Source of the DNA: an uncultured delta proteobacterium
GTDB taxonomy: Bacteria; Myxococcota; Myxococcia; Myxococcales; Myxococcaceae
Direction of reading: 5' to 3'
DNA: 64,000 nucleotides
Assembly (NCBI GenBank): GCA_963776345.1
Contig: CAVZMH010000016.1
Span: 640,001-704,000, forward strand
Below the pieces are notes generated by a model. That model did not search any database. It was not told where the DNA came from and saw only the letters and a list, made by a program, of their open reading frames with translations. Numbering within the stretch: the first letter of the stretch is position 1; each line of letters starts with the position of its first letter. Position numbers and translations under genes: made by a program. Positions 8,976 to 18,161 of this stretch are shown here, piece by piece.

Positions 8976-10229
8976 ATGTCGCTCCTCCGTCGAGCCACCC
9001 CCGACGAGCAGTTCGCCGAGGTCACGCGCGCCACCGTCGACCTGCAGGTCGCGGACGAGCTCCGCTCGAAGCTCCGTCGCTCCTACGAGCGCGAGCAGCC
9101 GCTGGTGGTCAAGGCCGGCTTCGACCCGAACCGGCCCGATCTCCACCTCGGACACACGCTGCTCCTCACCCGGATGCGGCGGTTCCAGGACTTCGGGCAC
9201 GAGGTGATCTTCCTCATCGGCGACTTCACCGCGATGATCGGGGACCCCTCGGGCAAGAACGTCACCCGTCCGGCGCTCAGCCGCGAGGAGGTCCTGGCGA
9301 ACGCCGAGACGTACAAGGTCCAGGTCTTCAAGGTGCTGGACCCGGGGCGGACCCGGATCCGCTTCAACTCCGAGTGGCTCGACGCGCTGGGCACCGAGGG
9401 GACGGTCCGGCTCGCGGCGCACTGGCCGCTGGCCCGGATGCTCGAGCGCGACGACTTCAAGACCCGCTTCCGCGAGGGCCGGAGCATCTCGATGCACGAG
9501 CTGCTCTACCCGCTGTTCCAGGGCTACGACTCGGTGGCGCTGAAGGCGGACGTGGAGCTCGGCAGCACCGACCAGCTCTTCAATCTGTTGGTCGGGCGAA
9601 CGTTGATGCGCGAGTACGGCCTGGAGCCACAGGTCATCCTCACCGGGCCGATCCTCGAGGGCCTCGACGCGCGGATGGAGAACGGCCGCATCGTCGGGGA
9701 GAAGATGTCCAAGTCGCTCGACAACTACGTGGGGGTCGCCGAGCCACCCTCCGAGATGTTCGGGAAGCTGATGAGCATCTCGGACGATCTCATGTGGCGC
9801 TACGCCGAGCTGCTCTCGGGGAGGCCGCTGGAGGCGCTCCGCTCGGAGCAGGCGAGGGTGGCATCCGGGGAGCTCCATCCCAAGGAGGTGAAGGTCGCGT
9901 TCGCCCGGGAGATGGTGGCCCGGTTCCACGGCGCGGAGGACGCCGCGCGTGCAGCCGAGGACTTCGAGCGGCGCTTCTCGCGCCGCGAGGTGGACCCCGA
10001 GAAGTTCCCCGAGGTGGTGGTGGGGACGGGGGGCGTCGCCGTCCCGCTGGTCCGCGCCCTGCTGGATGCGCAGCTGGTCGCCTCCACGTCCGAGGGTCGC
10101 CGCCTGATCACCCAGGGCGCGGTGAAGGTGGACGGCGAGCGCGTGTCCGACCCGAAGGTCGAGCTCGTCCCGGGAACCCACCTGGTCCAGGTCGGAAAGC
10201 TGCGGGCCGCCAGGCTGACGGTGCGCTGA
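8976..10229 (+). CDS. tyrS: Tyrosine--tRNA ligase
   Basis: GFDP..PDLHLGH, KMSKS, C-terminal S4 domain. Alternative start GTG 8967. Confidence 0.96.
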   Translation: MSLLRRATPDEQFAEVTRATVDLQVADELRSKLRRSYEREQPLVVKAGFDPNRPDLHLGHTLLLTRMRRFQDFGHEVIFLIGDFTAMIGDPSGKNVTRPALSREEVLANAETYKVQVFKVLDPGRTRIRFNSEWLDALGTEGTVRLAAHWPLARMLERDDFKTRFREGRSISMHELLYPLFQGYDSVALKADVELGSTDQLFNLLVGRTLMREYGLEPQVILTGPILEGLDARMENGRIVGEKMSKSLDNYVGVAEPPSEMFGKLMSISDDLMWRYAELLSGRPLEALRSEQARVASGELHPKEVKVAFAREMVARFHGAEDAARAAEDFERRFSRREVDPEKFPEVVVGTGGVAVPLVRALLDAQLVASTSEGRRLITQGAVKVDGERVSDPKVELVPGTHLVQVGKLRAARLTVR

Positions 10230-10363
10230 CTCGCTGTGCCATGACTCGGCCGGGCGGCATGCGTCTGACTGTCATCGACGTCCCGGGGCATCCATCCCTT
10301 GACCGCGCCGCTGCCTGCTCGGCTGCCTTGCGAGCGAGGAGACCCGGGCCTAGCCTCACCCGC

Positions 10364-11059
10364 GTGAAGAATTCGCTGCCGACGCCCGGGGCGCTGCTGC
10401 TCGCGCTGTCCGCCCTGCTCGGGGCCTGCGCCCACGACACCTACCAGCCGGCGCCCGCCCGGGTGGAGGCACCCGCGGGGCAGGTCGCGTTCGAGGACTG
10501 CGAGCTCGCCGGGGGGGGCAGCGTCCCGTCTGACTTCCCCAAAGGCTCGCTCGCCGCACCGAGTCCCGGCGAGCACAAGCTCGCCTGCGGGCTGTCCGCC
10601 CAGCTCGCCGCGCTCGGCGAGCCGTCGCTCTTTCCGCCTCCCCAGACCGCCGAGGTGTACCGCGTGCTGTGGCTCCGCTTCGATGGCCACCCGGTCAGCG
10701 TGCGCTTCGAGCGGCAGGGGGCCACGGGTCAGGTCCGTGGCGCCCAGACCTCCGGGAAGGGCCTCGCCGCTCCCGGCGACCTCCTCGAGGAGGCGAGCAG
10801 CGCCCTCTCGCCAGAGGCGGCCCGTGACCTGCTCACCCGCGTGGAGGCCGCTCGGTTCTGGGCACCCTCCTCCCCTCCACCGGCCGAGGTCCAGGTGGCC
10901 GAGCGCGGCTCGACCTGGGTCTTCGAGGGGGTCCGCGGGGGGCAGTACCGGGTCCGGGTCTTCCAGCGCGAGGCGCTGGCCCGGGACGCGGCGTACAGCG
11001 CGCTCGCCCGGGCCCTGGTCGGCGGCTCCGGGCTGCACATCCAGGGCGCGGTCTACTGA
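10364..11059 (+). CDS. Hypothetical lipoprotein
   Basis: GTG start followed by KNSLPTPGALLLALSALLGAC (lipobox). The upstream part of the 561-aa track ORF is a tyrS shadow. Confidence 0.65.
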   Translation: MKNSLPTPGALLLALSALLGACAHDTYQPAPARVEAPAGQVAFEDCELAGGGSVPSDFPKGSLAAPSPGEHKLACGLSAQLAALGEPSLFPPPQTAEVYRVLWLRFDGHPVSVRFERQGATGQVRGAQTSGKGLAAPGDLLEEASSALSPEAARDLLTRVEAARFWAPSSPPPAEVQVAERGSTWVFEGVRGGQYRVRVFQREALARDAAYSALARALVGGSGLHIQGAVY

Positions 11060-11081
11060 CCAAGGGCGGCAAGGCCCCCGA

Positions 11082-11690
11082 TCAGGGCGCCATGGCCCGG
11101 AGCCCGAGGCCGACCAGGTACACCTCGACGCTCGCCGAGCGCGTGGCCTCGGGCCGGACCACCTTCACCTCCCGGTACGCCTCGCGGAGCCGGGAGCGGA
11201 AGGACTCGAAGTCCCCGCCCATGAAGAGCTTCGCCACGAGGCTCGAGTCCGGCTTGCCGAGCGCCCGGGCCAGCTCCAGCGCACGCTCGGCCAGCCGGAG
11301 GGAGCGGGCCTCGTCGGTCCCGCGGACCCCCGTGGTCTTCGGGGCCATGTCCGAGAGCACCGCGTCGAAGGGGCCCGGGGCCAGCGCCTCCACTTGCGCC
11401 TGCGCGTCGTCGGCCAGCACGTCCACCACCCCGGTCCGCACCCAGCGCTCGGTGAACGGCCGGAGCGGCACCAGGTCCACCCCGACCGCGAGGCCCGACG
11501 GGCCCACCGCCCGCGCGACGACCTGCAGGAAGCCGCCGGGGGCGGCCCCGAGGTCGAGCACCCGCGCGCCCGGCCGGAGCAACCCGAAGCGCTGCACCAG
11601 CTCCTCGAGCTTGAACGCGCTGCGCGCGCGGAATCCCCGCTGCTTGGCGCGCTGGAAGTAGTGGTCCTTCGGCCGGTACGGCTTGCCCAT
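11082..11690 (-). CDS. rlmE: 23S rRNA Um2552 methyltransferase
   Basis: Motifs DHYFQRAK..GFRARSAFKL, VLDLGAAPGG, SDMAP, K..M, S.EVY. Confidence 0.92.
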   Translation of the reverse strand: MGKPYRPKDHYFQRAKQRGFRARSAFKLEELVQRFGLLRPGARVLDLGAAPGGFLQVVARAVGPSGLAVGVDLVPLRPFTERWVRTGVVDVLADDAQAQVEALAPGPFDAVLSDMAPKTTGVRGTDEARSLRLAERALELARALGKPDSSLVAKLFMGGDFESFRSRLREAYREVKVVRPEATRSASVEVYLVGLGLRAMAP

Positions 11691-11730
11691 GCGTCGGACC
11701 CTCTCCATACCATCCGCCGGAGAGGTCTCG

Positions 11731-12102
11731 ATGCGGACGCGCGGCATGCTCCTGGCGTGGGTGTGGACGGCGCTCTGGCTCTCGGCGGCGGCGCTGTCCA
11801 CGGCGCGGATGCAGCCGCTCCGGCGAGAGTCCGAGGCGCTGCGGGTCCGCTCGGGCGCCCACGCCGACGCCTTCGCCAGCTCGTTCGACGGGCAGTTCGC
11901 GGACCGGCAGCTCGACACCTTCCAGCAGCGCCGCGAGGTGGTGTCGCGGGTCCAGTCGTGGCAGCGGCTGCAGCTCCTCGGCGCGCTCGGAACGCTCGGG
12001 GGTCTGTTCGCGGTCTGGCTCCTCTGGATGCTGGGGCGGCTCCAGGCCGACCTCGCGCTGGGCGAGGCACGCCCGGAGCGCGGCGGTTCACCCGCGGGCT
12101 GA
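11731..12102 (+). CDS. Hypothetical membrane protein
   Basis: GGAGAGG SD before ATG 11731. Two hydrophobic segments. Confidence 0.55.
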   Translation: MRTRGMLLAWVWTALWLSAAALSTARMQPLRRESEALRVRSGAHADAFASSFDGQFADRQLDTFQQRREVVSRVQSWQRLQLLGALGTLGGLFAVWLLWMLGRLQADLALGEARPERGGSPAG

Positions 12103-12180
12103 GCCGGGCCAGACGGCGCTCGCCTCGGCCCGCGAGGTGCCGCCCCGGGGGGCCGCGCGGATGCGGTAAGATCCGGAGCG

Positions 12181-12465
12181 ATGTCCGGGTGCGCCTGGTG
12201 CGGCAGCCATCTCGAGGTGGTGGGCAACGCGGTGGGGCGGCGGGACACCTGCCCTCACTGCGAGCACGACCTCCACGCCTGCCGCCAGTGCCGTCACTTC
12301 GACCCGGCCGTCGCCAAGGCCTGCAAGGAGCCCTTCGCCGAGGTGCCGTCGGACAAGGACCAGGCGAACTTCTGCGAGTTCTTCCAGCTCGGTGAGGGCG
12401 GTCACACCGACGAGGACCCGCTCCGGGCCGCCCGCGAGGCAGCGGACGCGCTGTTCAGGCGCTAG
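12181..12465 (+). CDS. Small Cys-rich putative metal-binding protein
   Basis: 8 Cys (three CxxC plus two single) and an ANFCEFF motif. Confidence 0.7.
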   Translation: MSGCAWCGSHLEVVGNAVGRRDTCPHCEHDLHACRQCRHFDPAVAKACKEPFAEVPSDKDQANFCEFFQLGEGGHTDEDPLRAAREAADALFRR

Positions 12466-12486
12466 GGGCGCTCCGGCCGCCGCGGG

Positions 12487-13638
12487 CTACAGGCCCTCGA
12501 GCTTGACGATGATCTCCTTCATGATCTCGCTCGTCCCGCCCCCGATGGTGATCAGCCGGACATCGCGCCACGCCCGGGCCACCGGCGTCTCGTCGACGTA
12601 GCCCATCCCGCCGTAGATCTGCTGGCAGTCGTAGGCCACCCGCTGGGCGAGGTCCCCGGCGAAGAGCTTGGCCATGCTGATCTCCTTCACCGGATCGAGC
12701 CCGGCGTCGAAGAGCGTGGTGGCGTGGTAGGTGAGCCGCTTGGCCGCCTCGACCGAGGCCAGGTGCTCGGCGAACTTGTGCCGCCAGACCTGGAAGCCGA
12801 TCAGCGGCCTCCCGAAGGCCTGACGCTCGCGGGCGTAGCGGATGGCGTCCTCCAGCATCCGCTCCATCCCGGACACGGCGATGACGGCCGCCACCAGCCG
12901 CTCGCCCTGGAAGTTCATCATGATGTGGGCGAAGCCGCCGTTCTCCTCCCCGAGGAGGTAGCGGGCCGGGATGCGGCAGTCCTCGAAGTACAGCACCGCG
13001 GTGTCGCTGGAGAGGTTGCCCACCTTGTCCAGCTTCTTGCTCACGCTGAAGCCGCGGACGTCGGTGGGGAAGGTGACCAGCGAGATGCCTTCGTACCCCG
13101 GGCCACCGGTCCGGACCGCGAGGGTGATGAAGTCCGCGCGGGTCCCGTTGGTGATCCACATCTTGCTGCCGTTGATGACGTACTCGTCGCCGACGCGGCG
13201 GGCGGTGGTCCGGATGCTCGCCACGTCCGAGCCGCACCCGGGCTCGCTGACGCCCAGCGCGCCGATGCGGTCCCCGGCCAGCGCCGGGACGAGGAACTCG
13301 CGCTTCTGCTCGTCGGTCCCGAGCGCGCCGATGACCGGCGTGGCGATCTGCGCCTGCACCAGCAGCGCCATGTTCACCCCGGCGTTCCCGCTCCGGGCGA
13401 GCTCCTCGGTGAAGGCGATGACGAACCAGTAGTCCCCGCCCGAGCCGCCCCACTTCGGGTCCTGGTTGGCGCCGAGGAACCCCAGCTCGCCGGCGCGCTT
13501 GAAGACCTCGCGCGGGAAGATGCCGGCGCGGTCCCACTCCAGCGCGTGCGGCGTCAGCTCCTTCTCCACCCACGCCCGGACGCTCCTCCGGAACGCCTCG
13601 TGCTCCTCGGTGAACGGACTCTCGCTCTTCGACACCAC
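12487..13638 (-). CDS. Acyl-CoA dehydrogenase
   Basis: Motifs [42 protein letters not shown]. Confidence 0.95.
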   Translation of the reverse strand: MVSKSESPFTEEHEAFRRSVRAWVEKELTPHALEWDRAGIFPREVFKRAGELGFLGANQDPKWGGSGGDYWFVIAFTEELARSGNAGVNMALLVQAQIATPVIGALGTDEQKREFLVPALAGDRIGALGVSEPGCGSDVASIRTTARRVGDEYVINGSKMWITNGTRADFITLAVRTGGPGYEGISLVTFPTDVRGFSVSKKLDKVGNLSSDTAVLYFEDCRIPARYLLGEENGGFAHIMMNFQGERLVAAVIAVSGMERMLEDAIRYARERQAFGRPLIGFQVWRHKFAEHLASVEAAKRLTYHATTLFDAGLDPVKEISMAKLFAGDLAQRVAYDCQQIYGGMGYVDETPVARAWRDVRLITIGGGTSEIMKEIIVKLEGL

Positions 13639-13650
13639 GACCTCCCCGGA

Positions 13651-13666
13651 TTGATTCTTGAGTCAA
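13651..13666. promoter_or_regulatory. Palindromic operator, copy 1 (TTGATTCTTGAGTCAA)
   Basis: AT-rich imperfect inverted repeat just upstream of the acyl-CoA dehydrogenase SD. Matches the copy at 15241. Confidence 0.6.
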
Positions 13667-13738
13667 TGACAGCGGGGCGACGCGCGCAAGACCCATCGTC
13701 CGGCCAGGCGGCCCCGGAGGGGCGACAACCGCCCGGAA

Positions 13739-14887
13739 TCAGGAGACCAGCGCGTCGATCTCCGCGGGAGCGAGCCCCGCCTCGGCCAGCACCTCCCGGG
13801 TGTGCTCGCCCAGCGCCGGCGCCGGTGCGGTGGCGGGCGGGCCGAGACGCAGCGGACTGGCCAGCACGCCCGGTCGTGGGAAGAGCCCACAGTCCAGGAG
13901 GTGCGCGTCCCTGGTGACCTCGTCGGGCAGGAGCACCGGCTCCACGCAGGCGTCGAGCCCGGCCAGGCGCTCCCTCCACGTCTCGAGCGGCGCCCCGGCG
14001 AAGGTGCGCACCAGAGCGTCACGCACCCGCTCCGCCTCCTCCCCGCCGCCGTACGCCGCCGCCGTGAGGTCCCCGAGCCCCAGCCGCTCGCACAGCGCGG
14101 CGAAGAACTTCGGCTCCAGCGCGGCCACCGCCAGCCAGCGCCCGTCCGCCGTGCGGTACAGCCCGTAGGAGGGCAGACCTCCATCGAGCGCGCCCTGCCC
14201 CGCCGGCGGCACGGGGACACCGAGCACCGCCGGCCCGAGGTGCAGCGCCGCGAACGAGGTCGCCGACTCCACCAGGGACACGTCCACCAGCCGCCCCCGC
14301 CCGGTGGAGGTCCGCTCGAGCAGCGCGGCCAGGATGCCGCTCACCGCGACCCAGGCGCCGCCCACGTCCGCCACCTGCGGCCCGGGGAGGGCCGGCGACC
14401 CGTCGCGGCCTCCCATGGCCAGGAGCCCCGCCCGCGCCTGGTAGCCGAGGTCGTGCCCGGCGCGGAGCCGGTCCGGCCCGGTCTGCCCGAACCCCGAGAG
14501 CGCGCACACCACCAGCCGCGGGAACGATTCCAGGAGCGCCGCGTGCCCGAGCCCGAGCCGGTCCAGCACTCCCGGCCGGAACCCCTCGACCAGCACGTCG
14601 CACCGGGCGAGCACCCGCCGCACCGCCTCCACCGCGCCGGGGCGCTTGAGGTCGAGCACCACCGAGCGCTTGCCCCGGTTCAGCGCGGCGAACAGCTCGC
14701 CCGCGCCGCCGGGCGGCATCAGCCGGGTGGCATCGCCCTCCGGCGGCTCGAGCTTCACGACCTCGGCGCCGAGGTCCGCGAGCACCAGCGTGGCATACGG
14801 CCCCGGCGCGAGCCGCGTCAGGTCCAGCACGCGGACGCCCGAGAGCGGCGGGCGCGACGCACCCCCCAGGTCGGCGGAGCGGCTCAG
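13739..14887 (-). CDS. Family III CoA-transferase (CaiB/BaiF, AMACR-like)
   Basis: PLSGVRVLDLTRLAPGPY..L.DLGAEVVK, NRGKRS, EGFRPGV, GHD. First canonical start is GTG 14830; an in-frame CTG lies at 14887. Confidence 0.88.
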   Translation of the reverse strand: MSRSADLGGASRPPLSGVRVLDLTRLAPGPYATLVLADLGAEVVKLEPPEGDATRLMPPGGAGELFAALNRGKRSVVLDLKRPGAVEAVRRVLARCDVLVEGFRPGVLDRLGLGHAALLESFPRLVVCALSGFGQTGPDRLRAGHDLGYQARAGLLAMGGRDGSPALPGPQVADVGGAWVAVSGILAALLERTSTGRGRLVDVSLVESATSFAALHLGPAVLGVPVPPAGQGALDGGLPSYGLYRTADGRWLAVAALEPKFFAALCERLGLGDLTAAAYGGGEEAERVRDALVRTFAGAPLETWRERLAGLDACVEPVLLPDEVTRDAHLLDCGLFPRPGVLASPLRLGPPATAPAPALGEHTREVLAEAGLAPAEIDALVS

Positions 14888-15216
14888 GTCAGCAGCTTCC
14901 CGAGCTTCATCGCCAGGCCCATGTCCATGGGCTTGAACTTCAGCTTGCCCTGCATCGCCGCCATCTGCGCGTTGAGCTGCTTGTTGCGGATCTTCACGAA
15001 GTCCTGGTCGCTCACCGTCACCGTCATCTTCGGCGTGCCGTCGGCGCCGTTGCTCACCCAGCCGGACGCCTTGGTGGTGTCCAGCGTCCAGGTGCCGCCC
15101 TGGTCACCGGTGATCACGAAGTGGACGATCGCGTTCATCTCCTTGGCCAGCTCGGGCTTGGCCGTCAGCAGCTCGGGGATGTGCTGCTCCAGGATGCTCT
15201 TCGGGGTGTCGGACAT
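14884..15216 (-). CDS. SCP2 sterol/lipid-binding domain protein
   Basis: F.ITGDQGGTW, LNAQMAAMQGKLK; GAGGAGG SD. Confidence 0.88.
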   Translation of the reverse strand: MSDTPKSILEQHIPELLTAKPELAKEMNAIVHFVITGDQGGTWTLDTTKASGWVSNGADGTPKMTVTVSDQDFVKIRNKQLNAQMAAMQGKLKFKPMDMGLAMKLGKLLT

Positions 15217-15240
15217 CTGCCACCTCCTCGGGGGCTCGCG

Positions 15241-15256
15241 CTGATTCGCGAATCAA
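15241..15256. promoter_or_regulatory. Palindromic operator, copy 2 (CTGATTCGCGAATCAA)
   Basis: Perfect 14-bp palindrome TGATTCGCGAATCA about 25 nt upstream of the SCP2 start. Confidence 0.6.
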
Positions 15257-15294
15257 CAGGCGCGCCGGACGGTACCGACGGGCCACGCGACGCG

Positions 15295-15693
15295 TCAAGG
15301 CGTCTCGGCAGGGACCGCCCGGCGGACGGCCGCGAGCAGCTCGGACAGCTCGAAGGGCTTGGCCAGCCATCCCAGCGCGCCGATCTCCTTCGCCTTCACG
15401 GAGACGTTGCGGTCGGCGCTCAGGACGATGATCGACGGGCGGGCGCCGGGCCTCAGGCTCCGGGCGAACTCCCAGCCGTCCATCACCGGCATCATGAGGT
15501 CCAGGAGCACCAGGTCGGGCAGGCCCTGCTCGAGGCGCTGCAGGGCCTCTCTCCCGTTGCGCGCCCGCTGCACGGCATAACCCTCCACCTCGAGGATCTC
15601 GCTCAGGGCGTCGAGAATGTCCGGGTCGTCGTCGACGACGAGCACCCGTCGCGCCGCGCTCCGCTCCCGAGATGCCGAGGGTTCTCCGACCAT
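15295..15693 (-). CDS. Single-domain response regulator (receiver only)
   Basis: VLVVDDD, LLDLMMPVMDG, LSA, AKPF. Confidence 0.9.
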   Translation of the reverse strand: MVGEPSASRERSAARRVLVVDDDPDILDALSEILEVEGYAVQRARNGREALQRLEQGLPDLVLLDLMMPVMDGWEFARSLRPGARPSIIVLSADRNVSVKAKEIGALGWLAKPFELSELLAAVRRAVPAETP

Positions 15694-15958
15694 CGCTCCG
15701 TTCCGCTGCCGGTTCTCGAGCGATTGTGCACCGGGCCGTCGGGGAAGCTCGAACAAAGTCCAGGGTGAGCGCGACCTGTCGTTGGCCCGTGGACGTCTGG
15801 CAAGCCCATGGCGGCCGGGCCGATGAGCGGGCGGCCTGCGCCCAGGGACCGGAGGCGCCTCCCCGGGGAGCACCGGCCCTCCCCCGCGCAGGGTCAGGCG
15901 CTTGCGGACGGGGGGGGATGGTGTCTACCTTCTTTCAGTCCCACGACAAGGTTGGTCT

Positions 15959-16204
15959 ATGTTCGGTCTCAAGATGGGTGAGCTGCTCATCATCTTCCTG
16001 GTCATTCTGGTGCTCTTCGGAGGCACCAAGCTGCCCCAGCTCGGCTCGTCACTCGGGCAGGCCATCCGGAACTTCAAGAAGGGATTCGGCGGGGACGCCG
16101 ACGCCCAGGGCGACGCCAACCGCCAGGACGCGCTCGGCACAGGCGGTCCCGACGCGAACAAGACCAGCACCCGCGCCCCGGCCTCCGCCAGCAAGGACGC
16201 CTGA
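15959..16204 (+). CDS. tatA: Twin-arginine translocase TatA/E
   Basis: ELLIIFLVILVLFGGTKLPQLGSSLGQAIRNFKKG. Confidence 0.92.
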   Translation: MFGLKMGELLIIFLVILVLFGGTKLPQLGSSLGQAIRNFKKGFGGDADAQGDANRQDALGTGGPDANKTSTRAPASASKDA

Positions 16205-16298
16205 GCCCCATCCGCTGCGCGCGGGCGACGCTGTTCTCCTCCCCCCGCGTCCGCCTCGCCCGTCCGGCTCCGGAGACCGCCGAGCCCCGCGGAGACCG

Positions 16299-18161
16299 TC
16301 AGTCGGTGACCTTCTCGCCGTCGTAGAGCCCGTCGAGGATGGCCTGATACCGCTGGGTGCAGGCCTTCCGCTTCACCTTCAGGGTCGGGGTCAGCTCCCC
16401 GGTCTCCTGGGTGAAGTCATGGTCCATGACGTGGAAGCGCTTGAGCGTGTTGTAGGGGGGCTCGTGCGCGTTGAGGGTGTCCAGCACCTTCTGCACCGCG
16501 GTGACGATCTCCGGCCGCGTCGCCATCTCGGCGTACGCCGCCGGCGGGGTGATGCCCTGGTCTTGCAGCAGCTTCCGCGCCGCTTCCTCGTTCACGGTGA
16601 TCAGCACCGAGAGGTACTTCCGCTTGTCGCCGTGGACCATCGCCTGGCTGATGAGCGGGAACGTCTTGAGGTTGTTCTCGATGTTCTGCGGGGCGACGTT
16701 CTTCCCGCCGGCGGTGACGATGATGTCCTTCTTCCGGTCGGTGATCCGGACGTACCCCGCGGCGTCGATCTCCCCGATGTCACCGGAGTGCAGCCAGCCC
16801 TCGGGCTCGATCATCTCCCGCGTGGCCTCCGGGGCGTTGTAGTAGCCCTTCATCACGTTGGGGCCCTTGATCAGGATTTCCCCGTCGGAGGCGATCTTCA
16901 CCTCGCAGCCGGGCATCGGCGGGCCCACCGTCCCGATGCGCTCACGTGCGGGCGGGTTCAGCGTCGCCGCGCCAGTCGTCTCGGTGAGCCCGTAGCCCTC
17001 GAGGACCTGGAACCCGAGCATGTCGAAGAAGTAGGCGATCTTCCGGGAGAGCGGGGCGCCGCCGGAGACGAACAGCCGCATCCGGCCCCCGAGCTTCTGG
17101 TCCAGCGTGGCCTTCACCTTGCTGAACACCAGCCTCTTGGCGAGGGTGAACGAGAGCGAGTCGGCGCTCCGTCCCTGCAGCCGCGCCTCGACAGACTCCT
17201 CGAAGAGCCGCATCGCCCAGCGAAAGAGCGTCCCCTTCAGCCCCGGGGAGGCGGTGCCGTTGGTGACCACCGCGTTGTAGATCTTCTCGAAGATGCGGGG
17301 GACCGCGGGGAGAATGGTGGGCGAGGTCTCACCGATGTCGGCCAGCAGCGTGTCCGTGCTCTGGGCGAAGATCATCCGGTAGCCGAGCCCGATCCACGCC
17401 GCCTTCACGTCCTGGGCGAAGCTGTGCGCGAGCGGGAGGAAGAGCATCACCGCGTCGTCGGCTCGGAGCACCTGCATGGTGGTCAGGGCCCGGGCCTCGT
17501 AGCCGAGGTTGCCGTGGGTGAGCATCACGCCCTTGGGGTTCCCGGTGGTCCCGGAGGTGTAGATGAAGCAGCAGGGGTCATCCATCCGCAGCGCCGCCAC
17601 CCGTTCCTCGAAGCCCCGCGGCGCCTTCTGGTCGAGCGAGGTGCCCTCGGCGATGAGCTTGGCCATGGGCAGCTCGGCCCCGGCGCCCTCCTCCTCCATC
17701 GTCACCACCGTCCGCACCGACGGGCACTGGGCGAGGACCGAGCGGGCGCGGGTGAAGCGCCCGGGCTGCTTCCCGGTGCTCCGGTCGTGGTCGACGAAGA
17801 GCATCACCGCGCCGGAGTGCTGGAGGACGTACTTCACCTCCTCCGGCGTGTTGGAGGCGTAGATGGGAACGGTGATCGCCCGCGAGGCGCAGATCGCCAG
17901 GTCCACCACGCACCAGGGCAGCGAGCTGTCGGCGAACACCGCGACCCGGTCACCGGGCTGGATGCCCCGCGCCACCAGCGCGGCCGAGAGGTGCCGGACG
18001 TCGCCGAGGATGGTCTCCCAGTCGACGTGGGTCCACTTGGCGAACTTCTTGTGCGTGGCGGCGTCCTGCTTGGGAGTCCGCAGCGCCCTCTCCTGGAGCA
18101 GGTGCAGCAGCGTCATCCCCTGCGACGCCGGCGAGGTCGCGACCTGGGTCTCGGCTCTCAT
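16299..18161 (-). CDS. Long-chain fatty acid--CoA ligase
   Basis: YTSGTTGNPKG, GYGLTET, SGDIG, DRKKD, ELTPTLKVKR. Confidence 0.92.
   Translation of the reverse strand: MRAETQVATSPASQGMTLLHLLQERALRTPKQDAATHKKFAKWTHVDWETILGDVRHLSAALVARGIQPGDRVAVFADSSLPWCVVDLAICASRAITVPIYASNTPEEVKYVLQHSGAVMLFVDHDRSTGKQPGRFTRARSVLAQCPSVRTVVTMEEEGAGAELPMAKLIAEGTSLDQKAPRGFEERVAALRMDDPCCFIYTSGTTGNPKGVMLTHGNLGYEARALTTMQVLRADDAVMLFLPLAHSFAQDVKAAWIGLGYRMIFAQSTDTLLADIGETSPTILPAVPRIFEKIYNAVVTNGTASPGLKGTLFRWAMRLFEESVEARLQGRSADSLSFTLAKRLVFSKVKATLDQKLGGRMRLFVSGGAPLSRKIAYFFDMLGFQVLEGYGLTETTGAATLNPPARERIGTVGPPMPGCEVKIASDGEILIKGPNVMKGYYNAPEATREMIEPEGWLHSGDIGEIDAAGYVRITDRKKDIIVTAGGKNVAPQNIENNLKTFPLISQAMVHGDKRKYLSVLITVNEEAARKLLQDQGITPPAAYAEMATRPEIVTAVQKVLDTLNAHEPPYNTLKRFHVMDHDFTQETGELTPTLKVKRKACTQRYQAILDGLYDGEKVTD

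Noticed and set aside
13651..13666. FNR/CRP site interpretation of TTGAT...TCAA
   Set aside because: The spacer is N6, not the N4 of TTGAT-N4-ATCAA.
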